Of a stretch of 64,000 nucleotides of DNA, positions 1 through 9,559 are shown piece after piece. The notes below the pieces were generated by a model. That model was not told the origin of the DNA and made no database searches. It was given only the letters and a program-made list of their open reading frames with translations. Positions within the stretch are counted from its first letter, which is position 1. The number at the start of each line of letters is the position of its first letter. Source of the DNA: Candidatus Poribacteria bacterium (GTDB lineage Bacteria > Poribacteria > WGA-4E > WGA-3G); the NCBI GenBank assembly GCA_965205015.1, contig OZ242029.1, forward strand, positions 128,001 to 192,000. The letters are read 5' to 3'. Both the position numbers and the translations under genes were made by a program.

Positions 1-1
1 G

Positions 2-418
2 CAGCATCTCAATGCAGCAGGTGGAAAACGCAGTATCGCCTTAACCCGCTGGAAAACGCATATTCAGGATCACTGGGGCGACCTACGGATTGCGGAGAAA
101 CATTCCGATGGAACGCAAAACCCCGAATTGGGAGTCGGCGAATCTACAACCGTGCAGGCGGTCGTCCACACCGACGTCCTGTTTCCACACGAACTTGCCG
201 TCCAAATTTACCACGGCGTGTTAGACGAAGCAGGCGAAATTCACAATGGAAGCGTCAAGCCAATGGCGTATAAAGCCGATCTCGGCGGCGGCACCTATCT
301 CTTTGAAGGGACACTCACTTTAAAACAGACCGGATTACACGGTTATACCGTCCGTGTGTTACCTTACCATGAGGACTTGCAATCCCTGCACGAACTCGGT
401 CTGATCACATGGGCTTAA
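2..418 (+). CDS. glgP: alpha-glucan (glycogen) phosphorylase, C-terminal part (5'-truncated by window)
   Basis: Frame open from position 2 (QHLNAAGG...LTRWKTHIQDHW). It ends GLHGYTVRVLPYHEDL...ELGLITWA, typical of the C-terminus of glycogen phosphorylases; glgC lies nearby. Confidence 0.8.
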   Translation, partial: QHLNAAGGKRSIALTRWKTHIQDHWGDLRIAEKHSDGTQNPELGVGESTTVQAVVHTDVLFPHELAVQIYHGVLDEAGEIHNGSVKPMAYKADLGGGTYLFEGTLTLKQTGLHGYTVRVLPYHEDLQSLHELGLITWA

Positions 419-460
419 AAGCAAAACCGTCCGTCCCATGGAGCGGTGGTATACTTCGCG

Positions 461-489
461 TTGCTCAAAGCCCCTTTTAAGCGTATAAT
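461..489 (+). promoter_or_regulatory. sigma70-type promoter upstream of hisB-glgC
   Basis: TTGCTC-17 nt-TATAAT. Confidence 0.6.
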
Positions 490-720
490 AAGAGTACTAG
501 CTTGAAACGAAATGGAAAGCGGATATACAGAAAGGAACATGAACTCCCTTGGGGGAAACCCCAAGCAAACACCGACTTGACCGAACCGTAAGGAATGATT
601 AAAAATTCTTTGTAACACCAAAAACCAAGCCCGTAATGTAATGGAGAGCGGATCTTAAGGCGGCACGTCAAAGTCTGAATCTACGTCGTTCTCCCGCAAG
701 GTAAAATTAAAAATTAAAAA

Positions 721-1308
721 ATGGATAGAACAGCAGAAATTGCCCGTGAGACAGCAGAAACCCGCATCCGACTCCGGCTTGACCTTGACGGTACTGGAGT
801 ATCCGATATCAACACCGGCGTTGGATTTCTGGATCACATGTTGGAACTCTTTACCAAACACGGCTTCTTCGATCTCGAAATCCAAGCGGAAGGTGATCTA
901 CACGTGGATGCCCATCACACGACCGAAGATGTCGGTATCTGCTTAGGACAAGCCCTGCAAAAAGCCGTGCTGGACAAAGCAGGGATGCAACGCTTCGGTA
1001 GTTTTACCGTCCCCATGTATGAATCCCTCGCCAAAGTAGACTTGGATGTCTGCGGACGCCCCTATCTCCACTATGAGACACCGCTTGTCTCTGGGAAAGT
1101 CGGCGATTTTGATATTGAACTCACTGAAGAATTTTTTCATGGGTTTGTGAACCACAGCGGGACAACTTTGCATATCAACGTCCCCTACGGCACAAACCAA
1201 CACCACATCATTGAAGCCATCTTTAAGGCAGTTGCGAAGGCTTTACATGTTGCGACACGCCTTGACGAACGTATTACAGGTGTCCTATCCACCAAGGGAA
1301 GTTTGTAA
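721..1308 (+). CDS. hisB: imidazoleglycerol-phosphate dehydratase
   Basis: Motifs RETAET, TGVGFLDHML, GDLHVDAHHTTED, NQHHIIEAIFKA and STKGSL. Confidence 0.97.
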   Translation: MDRTAEIARETAETRIRLRLDLDGTGVSDINTGVGFLDHMLELFTKHGFFDLEIQAEGDLHVDAHHTTEDVGICLGQALQKAVLDKAGMQRFGSFTVPMYESLAKVDLDVCGRPYLHYETPLVSGKVGDFDIELTEEFFHGFVNHSGTTLHINVPYGTNQHHIIEAIFKAVAKALHVATRLDERITGVLSTKGSL

Positions 1309-1324
1309 TGAGGAGAGAACATCT

Positions 1325-2617
1325 ATGAGTAATGGGAACATTATTGCAGTTATTCTTGGAGGGGGCCGCGGCACGCGTCTATTTCCGCTGACACGCGACC
1401 GGGCGAAACCGAGTGTCCCGATCGCAGGCAAATTTCGACTCGTGGACATACCCATCAGTAATTGCTTCCACTCGGGTTTAGAACGCATCTATGTCCTGAC
1501 GCAGTTTAACTCCGTCTCCTTGAATCGACATATCGCGCAGACATACCGCTTTGATACATACCGCCGAGGGTTCGTCCAAATCCTCGCAGCACAACAGACA
1601 CTGATGGGCGAAGAGTGGTATCAGGGAACAGCGGACGCCGTCAAACACAATGAACCTTACATCCTCAACCCACGGTTCGCAGACGATTATGTCCTGATTC
1701 TCGCCGGTGATCACCTCTATCGGATGGATTATCGCAAGATGCTCAAAGTGCATACTGAATCTAACGCCGCCATCACTGTCTCTGTCATTCCGGTGAAAAA
1801 AGAGGACACCAGCGGGCTTGGCATCCTTCAGGCGGACGCGAACGGACGCATCGTTGACTTCGTCGAGAAACCCCAAACTGAAGAGGAACTGCATCGACTT
1901 CGCGTTGAACCCGAAGTCTTTACATCTCGAGGGATTGAACCTCACGATAGAGAATACATCGCCTCAATGGGGATCTACATCTTTAACAGAGAGGTCCTGC
2001 AAGACGTGCTTCGAGACGAAGCAAACGTCGACTTCGGTAAGGATATTATCCCGAAAAGCATTCAGTCGCTTCCTGTTTCTGCTTACTTTTTCGACGGCTA
2101 TTGGGAGGATATAGGTACCATCCGTTCCTTCTATTCGGCGAACATCGCGCTCACCGACACCGCACCTGCGTTCAATTTCTACGATGAGCAGGCACCGATC
2201 TACACCAACCGACGGCATCTACCGAGCACCAAAGTCAACAGCAGCAGCGTCCGATCCTCAATCCTCGCTGAAGGTTCTATCATCGATGATTCTGAAATTG
2301 ATAGAACAATTGTCGGGATCCGAAGTATTATCTCCGGCCACAGTCGGATTTACCAATCCGTCCTGATGGGGGCAGACTATTACGAGTCCGATGAAATACG
2401 GACGCAAAACGCACAAGCAGGCATCCCGAATGTCGGCATTGGGCGTAATTGTCTCATTCAGAACGCAATTATTGACAAAAATGCGCGGATCGGCGATAAT
2501 TCTGTACTCGTCAACCGGGACGGGGTCGATAATTTGGATGGTAAAGACTACTACATTCGAGATGGAATTGTTATCGTTCCGAAGGACGCAACGATACCTC
2601 CGGAAACCGTCGTCTAA
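1325..2617 (+). CDS. glgC: glucose-1-phosphate adenylyltransferase
   Basis: ILGGGRGTRLFPLT-RAKPSVP, WYQGTADAV, FVEKP, YWEDIGT. ATG at 1325 follows a GAGGAG RBS; the ORF-track start at 1211 overlaps hisB. Confidence 0.96.
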   Translation: MSNGNIIAVILGGGRGTRLFPLTRDRAKPSVPIAGKFRLVDIPISNCFHSGLERIYVLTQFNSVSLNRHIAQTYRFDTYRRGFVQILAAQQTLMGEEWYQGTADAVKHNEPYILNPRFADDYVLILAGDHLYRMDYRKMLKVHTESNAAITVSVIPVKKEDTSGLGILQADANGRIVDFVEKPQTEEELHRLRVEPEVFTSRGIEPHDREYIASMGIYIFNREVLQDVLRDEANVDFGKDIIPKSIQSLPVSAYFFDGYWEDIGTIRSFYSANIALTDTAPAFNFYDEQAPIYTNRRHLPSTKVNSSSVRSSILAEGSIIDDSEIDRTIVGIRSIISGHSRIYQSVLMGADYYESDEIRTQNAQAGIPNVGIGRNCLIQNAIIDKNARIGDNSVLVNRDGVDNLDGKDYYIRDGIVIVPKDATIPPETVV

Positions 2618-2684
2618 TCTATAACGTGGAAGACAGGCTAAACAGGAAACCCACTCTATTACGCCGCAAGGAACAATTAAAAAT

Positions 2685-2960
2685 ATGTCTGAATTGAGAC
2701 AACAACTTCTCGTGCTGCATTTGCATACGCCTGACTTAAATAGTGGCGTTGTCGCTTGGGCAATGTACGACGGCACGGGTCAAAAACGCCATACCACCGG
2801 CGACAGCGAGGCACCCCCCTATAACTCGGTTGTGGAAGCGATGCAAGATGGCTGGCGGGTGATTCAGTTTCCACAACAATTCCCTGCCTACCCCGGCATG
2901 GAATATCATACTTCATATCTCAGGTTTGAATATATCCTGGAGAAATTGGAGAAAATCTAA
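2685..2960 (+). CDS. hypothetical protein, coupled to the PhyH gene
   Basis: 91 aa ORF with AAGGA RBS; stop overlaps next start (TAATG). Confidence 0.75.
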   Translation: MSELRQQLLVLHLHTPDLNSGVVAWAMYDGTGQKRHTTGDSEAPPYNSVVEAMQDGWRVIQFPQQFPAYPGMEYHTSYLRFEYILEKLEKI

Positions 2961-3778
2961 TGATTGACAAAAAGTATTTGCTCAATACAGAACAGATGGC
3001 GAACTTCGTAGCGGACGGCTACCTTCGCTTCGACGACCTAATTCCTCAAGAATTAAATGAAGCCGCACACGCCGAAATGGAAGAGGGTATTATTGTGCGT
3101 GGACGCGGCGGCACGGTTTTAGACGAAGTCTGGGATGATGAATCTGCCGTCGGTAAAGTCTTCCGACGCCCGGAAGTAAAAGGCATTATCCAGAGTCTGG
3201 TGGGTGAAAATCCGCTCTACGATCACCACGCCGTTCATATCGTGCGTCCCCAAAACAATATAGGACAAATTTGGCACGCCGACGCGATTATCGACCTACG
3301 GATGCATTTTGACATCCAATTCTTCTATTTCTCGCACGATACACCGCGCGAAATGGGAGGGACGATGATTTTACCGGGAAGCCACTATCGCCGCGTCTGT
3401 GAAACGGACATCGCGCGATATCAAAACTTCCTCGGACAAATGCCCATCGTTTGTAATGCCGGCACGCTGATTGTGGTGCATCACGGGATGTGGCACTGCG
3501 CGCAACCGAATCTCACTGACCGCACGCGCTACATGTTCAAACTGCGTCTCAACCCAACGGTCCGTCAGTGCCAACTCTGGAACACAGACGATATCGACAC
3601 ACCGGGGATCCACGGCGCTTTAGGCAGGAATCACAGATGGTATGGAAACGATGTACGCCTTGAGATCGTTAACCGTATCAAACAGTGGCGCTTCCTCATC
3701 GGTGATGACTCGTTCGATCTCGGCTACTGGCTCTCCCGACTCGAAAACATGCCAGAGAACGTCCAAGACGCAGCATAG
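2960..3778 (+). CDS. phytanoyl-CoA dioxygenase (PhyH) family Fe(II)/2OG oxygenase
   Basis: F-DGYL, WHAD (HxD), GGTMILPGSH, distal WH, R-MFK. Confidence 0.85.
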   Translation: MIDKKYLLNTEQMANFVADGYLRFDDLIPQELNEAAHAEMEEGIIVRGRGGTVLDEVWDDESAVGKVFRRPEVKGIIQSLVGENPLYDHHAVHIVRPQNNIGQIWHADAIIDLRMHFDIQFFYFSHDTPREMGGTMILPGSHYRRVCETDIARYQNFLGQMPIVCNAGTLIVVHHGMWHCAQPNLTDRTRYMFKLRLNPTVRQCQLWNTDDIDTPGIHGALGRNHRWYGNDVRLEIVNRIKQWRFLIGDDSFDLGYWLSRLENMPENVQDAA

Positions 3779-3886
3779 GTCCCTGAATAAAGAAAGGCGC
3801 GGTTACATGAAGTTTAAATAAGTATTTCGGTAATCCCATCCCGAAAAATCACTGTATGGGTAGGTCTTGTGCCTACCCACACATTA

Positions 3887-4735
3887 CTACCGATCGCGAC
3901 CCCGCCCTCTTCTACCCGCGCGTTCTGCCCGTTCCGCTCGCATTTTCTGCATTATCTCTCGCCGTTCCTCTGGCGACGCATTCTTGAGTTTCTCCGCTAA
4001 TTCATTCGCTTTCATCCCCCACGCTGCGGCCTGTTCTTTCATCTCCATTTGTCTACGTTTTTCAGCTTCCATTCTGGCATTCGCTTGGTTTTTCGCTGAA
4101 TTATTTCCCGCTTTTTCGGACTGCCTCTCGCTGCCCTGTCCATCTCTACTCCCCTCACCCCCGCGGGCTGTTGTTAGGAACTGCAGTTCCCCTGCTTTCA
4201 GTGTGATTGGCTTTCCAGCGTTGTCCAAGGTTACCTGTTTCGCTTGAATGTCCTTTACTGTTATATCGCCGAGTTTCGTCCCTATCGTCACAAAGTGATA
4301 CCGATTCGATCTTTTCTCGAGCAGCGTCGCCTGCGACACAGCACCGTCTACCCCAACAGCAGTCCCGATTAAACTATAGGCGGGTTCGTTCTTCGGAGGG
4401 GTCCATCCGAGCGGACGAAAGAGATTGTTGTCAATAATTACTTTATAGAACGCCGCATTTTCTCCAAAGTCAACTCCCCCTCGATTCTGACGTCCACGGG
4501 ACCTATTGGCTTGTGCGGCAGCTTGCTCCTTCATTTTTAGCATTGCTTGCATTTTCGCCGAGTCGCTTTCCGGTTTTTTGACCGAGATCATTTCCGGCTT
4601 CGTAGCAATAAACTCCACCTTCGTTTTGTCTTGCGCGTAAAGCAATATCCCAAACCCGAGGAGTAGACATACAACACAACCGATCCCCAACTTCACAATG
4701 ATGCTTTTTCGATTGCTAATGATTTTCGATTTCAT
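3887..4735 (-). CDS. membrane-anchored protein with a type II secretion GspC-like domain and a low-complexity charged tail
   Basis: N-terminal TM segment; NNLFRPLG...YSLIGTAV...ATLLE...IGTKLGDITVKDIQAKQVTL resembles the GspC HR domain; start moved to MKSKII. Confidence 0.55.
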   Translation of the reverse strand: MKSKIISNRKSIIVKLGIGCVVCLLLGFGILLYAQDKTKVEFIATKPEMISVKKPESDSAKMQAMLKMKEQAAAQANRSRGRQNRGGVDFGENAAFYKVIIDNNLFRPLGWTPPKNEPAYSLIGTAVGVDGAVSQATLLEKRSNRYHFVTIGTKLGDITVKDIQAKQVTLDNAGKPITLKAGELQFLTTARGGEGSRDGQGSERQSEKAGNNSAKNQANARMEAEKRRQMEMKEQAAAWGMKANELAEKLKNASPEERREIMQKMRAERAERAGRRGRGRDR

Positions 4736-5024
4736 TACTCTTCTCCGTTGTACTTTTGGAAAACGTGCTATGGACCTGCTCATTGATAAATATCTATTTG
4801 CAATTAAGACACTCTCGATTTCAAAAAGGTTCTCCTTAATTTTACTATGCATTCCGTCGCATGTCAATAGAATTTGTCATTCCGGTCAGAGCGTTCAGTT
4901 TCATGCTGACGTAAACCAAGAAACGAGATTTCTCGTTACTGAGAACGAACACTTAGAACCCAATGCTCTACGATTCCGGTAAGAATGCCCTCAAATCGCG
5001 ACGCCTATATCACGACAAAAAGCA

Positions 5025-5053
5025 TTGACTTTCGAGAAAAAATAGAGTAAACT
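5025..5053 (+). promoter_or_regulatory. sigma70-type promoter
   Basis: TTGACT-17 nt-TAAACT, 40 nt upstream of the 5093 ORF. Confidence 0.55.
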
Positions 5054-5092
5054 TTATAGAAATGGATTTCGCAATAAAGGAAAAACCTTGAT

Positions 5093-5635
5093 ATGAAACG
5101 TTATAGCACCCCCCAGAAATACATAACATTTGCGTTGAGTTGCGTCCTCATCTCCATCTTAATGAGTCAGCACGCGGCGGCTGCGCGTCGCTCGAACGTT
5201 CTACCACTTGCCCTCTTTGCTTCAGGCATGAGTCTCCAGTTTGGGAGCAGCTTCCTCAAAGCCTCTTCTCAGAACCATTACGATACCTATCTCAACGCCG
5301 CAATCCAAGCAGACATTCAAACACATAAAGACGCTTTCCGCACCAGGCGGAATGCCGGCACGATTATGTCCGGCGTGGGGCTTGGATTTGTGGGACTTGC
5401 TGTGCTTTTCTCAATCTACAACCAACTGGATACGCCGGAACTTGTAGAGGACGCAGCAGCTTCAGCAGAAAACTGGAATACCGATATCGGAATCCCGCTC
5501 ACACGTCTGAGAGGTCTCAGAAACCGCTTTTCCGAAAACACGAGTCTGCGACTTCCGAGGACCCCGTTCCAGTTGCATCCACACTACAATTTCCAAACTC
5601 GGCGCGCAAGTCTCAGCCTTCTCCACCTTTTTTAG
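5093..5635 (+). CDS. hypothetical exported/membrane protein
   Basis: Signal peptide plus two hydrophobic segments; AAGGA RBS; C-terminal F. Confidence 0.7.
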   Translation: MKRYSTPQKYITFALSCVLISILMSQHAAAARRSNVLPLALFASGMSLQFGSSFLKASSQNHYDTYLNAAIQADIQTHKDAFRTRRNAGTIMSGVGLGFVGLAVLFSIYNQLDTPELVEDAAASAENWNTDIGIPLTRLRGLRNRFSENTSLRLPRTPFQLHPHYNFQTRRASLSLLHLF

Positions 5636-5710
5636 TAGCCATCGGTTTCCATCGGAAACCACCAGTCAAGCGTTTTTTGCAACCCCGTAGGGGTAAAACC
5701 TCCGATAATC

Positions 5711-6862
5711 ATGGTGAATCAGATGAATCATAAAAATCATAGTTCAGACTTTTTCAGCAGACCCTCCATCAATAAGATTATTGTCGCGTTAAGCGTGCCT
5801 CTGCTGCTTGCGTTCGTTTTCTTTAGTGCTTGCACGAGTAACGAAGACTTTGCGAACCCACTCGACCCTGAGAACCTGCGGACCTCCGGCGCGCCGGATG
5901 GTCTCACGCTTTACGCTGGCGATCAGCAGGTACGGGTCACATGGAACGACACCGGACAACAGGGGATCAAAGCATACCGTATCTACAGACGTTCCACGGG
6001 GGGGGCAGACACGGAATTTCAGCAAGTCGGATCCGTTGAGGCGCCCACAAACGAATTTATTGATACCCAAAATCTTGAAAATGATCGACGCGACGCCTCC
6101 GGACGGCTCCTCGCCTACGAATACCGCATCACTTACGTTGATGCCAACGGTGTTGAAACGCCCGACCCCACAAATCCGCCCGCAGAGACTGAAGATCCAC
6201 GTCGTATCTGGAAAACTGCTTTGGCGACGCCAAGCGTCCCACCGCCTGCACCGAACGTAACGCTCGGCGATCCGACCGACCTCACCATCAAACTTTTTTG
6301 GGACGGCTATGAATTCCCCTACGACTTTTCTATCTTCCGCATCTACGCCGCACTCGACACCGAAGATGATAAACCGCTACGTTTCGAACTGATTGCCGAG
6401 CCGAAGCGAGATCGACTCTACTATTTCGACCACGATTTTCAAGTCGATGGCACTCGAAAGGTCTATCGCGTCGCGGGCGTCGATGAATTCGGTGCAGAGG
6501 CATTCACGACGATTACAGCAGCAGTGCCAAATGTACCGCCCGCCTCTCCAAAAGACGTTCGGGTCCGTTATCTACCACGTTCCCTTTTCAATACAAAATA
6601 CGATGCGGTTCTCTCATGGACACCGAACACCGAACCCGATCTCGCTGGGTATCAACTCTATACCAGGGACGCCGCTGGCAAACTCCTCCCTCGCCCCGCA
6701 GTCGGCCCCAAGGAGCGTACTTTCACTATCCCCGGTGAAGACCCGATTCTCGTAGGTCAAGCATTAGAATTCAAGAAGTACTATATCACCGCCTATGACA
6801 ATACACCCGGACCTGACGGACGCCGCGACGAAAGCGCGCTTGTGGAGGCGAAATCGCGATAG
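5711..6862 (+). CDS. lipoprotein with fibronectin type III-like repeats
   Basis: Lipobox FSAC, NPLDP; repeated P-P..L....V.W...Y.IYR patterns. Confidence 0.75.
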   Translation: MVNQMNHKNHSSDFFSRPSINKIIVALSVPLLLAFVFFSACTSNEDFANPLDPENLRTSGAPDGLTLYAGDQQVRVTWNDTGQQGIKAYRIYRRSTGGADTEFQQVGSVEAPTNEFIDTQNLENDRRDASGRLLAYEYRITYVDANGVETPDPTNPPAETEDPRRIWKTALATPSVPPPAPNVTLGDPTDLTIKLFWDGYEFPYDFSIFRIYAALDTEDDKPLRFELIAEPKRDRLYYFDHDFQVDGTRKVYRVAGVDEFGAEAFTTITAAVPNVPPASPKDVRVRYLPRSLFNTKYDAVLSWTPNTEPDLAGYQLYTRDAAGKLLPRPAVGPKERTFTIPGEDPILVGQALEFKKYYITAYDNTPGPDGRRDESALVEAKSR

Positions 6863-6918
6863 GTGCAGTGCCGCTGCAAAGAATCTCGAATAACGACATA
6901 ACACTAAAGGATACATCC

Positions 6919-7938
6919 ATGCACGCCAATTTTTCTAAATTAAATTCTGGGCTTCCCCGTTATGCGCCGAAAAAAAGACAGCACAACACGCAAGCCTTCA
7001 TTCTCATCATCTGTACTTTATTGCTGCTTACAGGCATAACAACACCGCTATGGGCACAGTTGCCTCCCATCTCACACCTCAGCACTATCCAAACTGCGGA
7101 GCCAGTGGGTAAGGGAGGCTCCAGTACCACGTTCGGACTCTTTCAATATCCCAAAGTGGATTTGCTACCGGACTTCGGGCAGCGGGTTGATATCGGTGGA
7201 TTTGAGGAAACCCATCGCGTCAGCTTGGAGGTTGAGACCTTCCTTATCCCTGTTAAATTCGCTTACGGTTTAAGCGACGAACTCGATCTCGTGCTCGGCG
7301 GCACCTTCTCGACAGGCGGCGTGCGGAAAGTCGTCCACGATTTCTACAATACCGCCACTGAAACCGCTGACGACCCAAACATCAATCGCCGCGTCTACGA
7401 TCAGCCCCTATTCGACGGCAGCATCGGACTCAAATACAACATCAAACCCGACCGGAATGATAATCTACCGAGTATTTCTGTGGGTGGCGACGCGCAATTC
7501 GGGTTCACCGCCGATGATCGCCTCAATTCAGACAATGAATTCCTCGACCATAGCCCTGCCGACGGGTTTCCGTTTGTCGGAATCAATACCTATCTCGTCG
7601 GCACACAAAGATTCGGCAGCCTTTTTAAACTCCACGCCGGTGTCGGCGTCTTCTTGACATCAAAGGCACTCAAAACGACCGACTTTTTTACACTCAATTG
7701 GCAAGTCGGCGGCGAGATCGCTGTTTCAGACAATATGTGGTTGATAGCCGATTTCTCGCGCGAACTCCCGTATGCCGGTATACACGTGACAAACCTCATC
7801 GGGATGGGATTCCGCTATGAAATATCGAATACGCTTGCGTTCCAACTCGGATTCAACACCCAACCCGGATTTCAGTTTAACCTAACGTTCGGCGGCGAGG
7901 AAACACAGGCATTTGAAGGTGAAAACTTGCTCTTTTAA
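6919..7938 (+). CDS. putative outer-membrane beta-barrel protein
   Basis: Signal peptide; alternating amphipathic beta-strands rich in G and aromatic residues (GMGFRYEIS, FQLGF, FQFNLTFG). Confidence 0.6.
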   Translation: MHANFSKLNSGLPRYAPKKRQHNTQAFILIICTLLLLTGITTPLWAQLPPISHLSTIQTAEPVGKGGSSTTFGLFQYPKVDLLPDFGQRVDIGGFEETHRVSLEVETFLIPVKFAYGLSDELDLVLGGTFSTGGVRKVVHDFYNTATETADDPNINRRVYDQPLFDGSIGLKYNIKPDRNDNLPSISVGGDAQFGFTADDRLNSDNEFLDHSPADGFPFVGINTYLVGTQRFGSLFKLHAGVGVFLTSKALKTTDFFTLNWQVGGEIAVSDNMWLIADFSRELPYAGIHVTNLIGMGFRYEISNTLAFQLGFNTQPGFQFNLTFGGEETQAFEGENLLF

Positions 7939-7967
7939 GCAATTTTAAGAAACAATTTCAGGTTTTG

Positions 7968-8052
7968 AGGAAGGATAGAAGCGGAGGAAGGGTGGAAGAA
8001 ACACCGTGTCCGCTATGTTCCACCCTTCCAATCTTCCAACCTTCCATTCTAC
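7968..8052. repeat. intergenic inverted repeat built from 8-bp (CTTCCANN) units
   Basis: GGAAGGGTGGAA (7986-7997) pairs with TTCCACCCTTCC (8018-8029), followed by aatcttcc aaccttcc. Confidence 0.7.
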
Positions 8053-8119
8053 TTGTGGCTTCACAGTTTGAATGTTAATATTGAAACTTGCTTAGGATAA
8101 AAAATTGGGAGAACTATTG

Positions 8120-8569
8120 ATGCGAGCAGTTGTTCAACGCGTTAAATCAGCGAGCGTTAAGGTAGACGGCGAACTGGTTTCTGAAATCGGAGCAGGCGTG
8201 CTTGTTTTCCTCGGCGTTGCCCATGACGATACAACCCCAGCGTTAGAATACATCGCTAATAAGGTCGCCAATCTGCGTATCTTCGAGGACGCAGAGGGTA
8301 AAATGAATTGTTCACTTCTTGAAACCGGAGGGGCTGCACTTGTTGTCTCGCAATTCACCCTCTACGGCGATTGCCGCAAAGGACGACGCCCCAGTTTTAT
8401 CAACGCCGCCCGTCCCGAATTCGCAAATGCGCTTTATGAACAGTTCATCACCGCTTTAGAAAAGCTAAATGTCCCAACGCAAGGCGGCACTTTTCAAGCG
8501 ATGATGGACGTCGAACTCATCAACGACGGTCCCGTCACCATCTTACTGGATAGCGACAAACAGTTTTGA
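8120..8569 (+). CDS. dtd: D-aminoacyl-tRNA deacylase
   Basis: [31 protein letters not shown]. Confidence 0.97.
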   Translation: MRAVVQRVKSASVKVDGELVSEIGAGVLVFLGVAHDDTTPALEYIANKVANLRIFEDAEGKMNCSLLETGGAALVVSQFTLYGDCRKGRRPSFINAARPEFANALYEQFITALEKLNVPTQGGTFQAMMDVELINDGPVTILLDSDKQF

Positions 8570-8587
8570 ACCGCGAAGGAGAGAACC

Positions 8588-9559
8588 ATGGCACGGAAAA
8601 TGCGTCTCGGCTTAGGCCAGTTCAGTGAACTCAGTGAAGAACGGCTGAAATTCATCAAGCAACTTGGGGTTGAAGATGTGCTGCTTAACACACCACAACT
8701 CCCCGGCACAGAACGCTGGGAATTTATGGACATCCTTCATCTCCGGACGGAGATAGAAAATGCAGGGTTACGGTTAGCCGCACTTGAAAATGTACCCGTC
8801 TCATTTTACGACAAAGCGATGCTCGGTTTGCCCGGACGCGACGCCCAGATTGAGAACATGGCAACGACGATCCGCAACCTCGGCAAGGCTGGTGTTGAAA
8901 TCTTCGGGTACCACTGGATGCCCAACGAGGTTTGGCGGACCTCCCGAACCACACTGGGGAGAGGCGGTGCTGCGGTCACCAGTTTCGATATGGAGCAGGT
9001 TAAAGACGCGCCTTTAACACACGGTCGTGTCTACACTGAAGACGAAATATGGGAAAATTACGAGTACTACATGAACGCCATACTGCCCGTCGCAGAAGAG
9101 GCAGGCGTTAAACTCGCGCTCCACCCAGACGATCCGCCTGTCGAATCCCTTGCGGGTGTGCCACGCCTGTTTCGCAATTTTGAGGGTTTCAAACGCGGGA
9201 TGGAAATCGCCGACAGTCCCATACACGGACTCGATTTCTGTGTAGGTTCCTGGTCGGAAATGGGACCCGGTGTCACGGACGCGATCCGTTATTTCGGAGA
9301 ACGCGACAAGATTTTTTACGTCCATTTCCGAGATGTGCAAGGGCATGTCCCAAAATTCGCGGAATCCTTCGTTAACAACGGCAACTGCGATATGTTTGAC
9401 GTGATGCGGACGTTGAAAGAGGTCGGTTTTACAGGCTTCATGATTACCGACCATGTGCCACATGTCGTTGATGACACAGACTGGGGACACCGAGGCAGAG
9501 CGTATGCCATCGGGTACATGACAGCATTCCTCGAAATCTTAATGGCGGTCGAGAAATGA
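8588..9559 (+). CDS. uxuA: mannonate dehydratase family protein
   Basis: LPVAEEAGVKLALHPDDPP, IFYVHFRDV, DHVP, AYAIGYM. Confidence 0.85.
   Translation: MARKMRLGLGQFSELSEERLKFIKQLGVEDVLLNTPQLPGTERWEFMDILHLRTEIENAGLRLAALENVPVSFYDKAMLGLPGRDAQIENMATTIRNLGKAGVEIFGYHWMPNEVWRTSRTTLGRGGAAVTSFDMEQVKDAPLTHGRVYTEDEIWENYEYYMNAILPVAEEAGVKLALHPDDPPVESLAGVPRLFRNFEGFKRGMEIADSPIHGLDFCVGSWSEMGPGVTDAIRYFGERDKIFYVHFRDVQGHVPKFAESFVNNGNCDMFDVMRTLKEVGFTGFMITDHVPHVVDDTDWGHRGRAYAIGYMTAFLEILMAVEK

Noticed and set aside
640-700. T-box riboswitch upstream of hisB (AAGGCGGCACG resembles AAGGTGGNACC)
   Set aside because: The essential UGGN bulge is CGGC, and no convincing stem I or terminator was found; kept only as a generic structured-leader candidate.
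1211-1324. N-terminal extensions in the ORF track (glgC 1211; also 12022, 38086, 42792, 60255, 60985)
   Set aside because: They overlap upstream genes or promoters; downstream starts have RBSs and match family N-termini.
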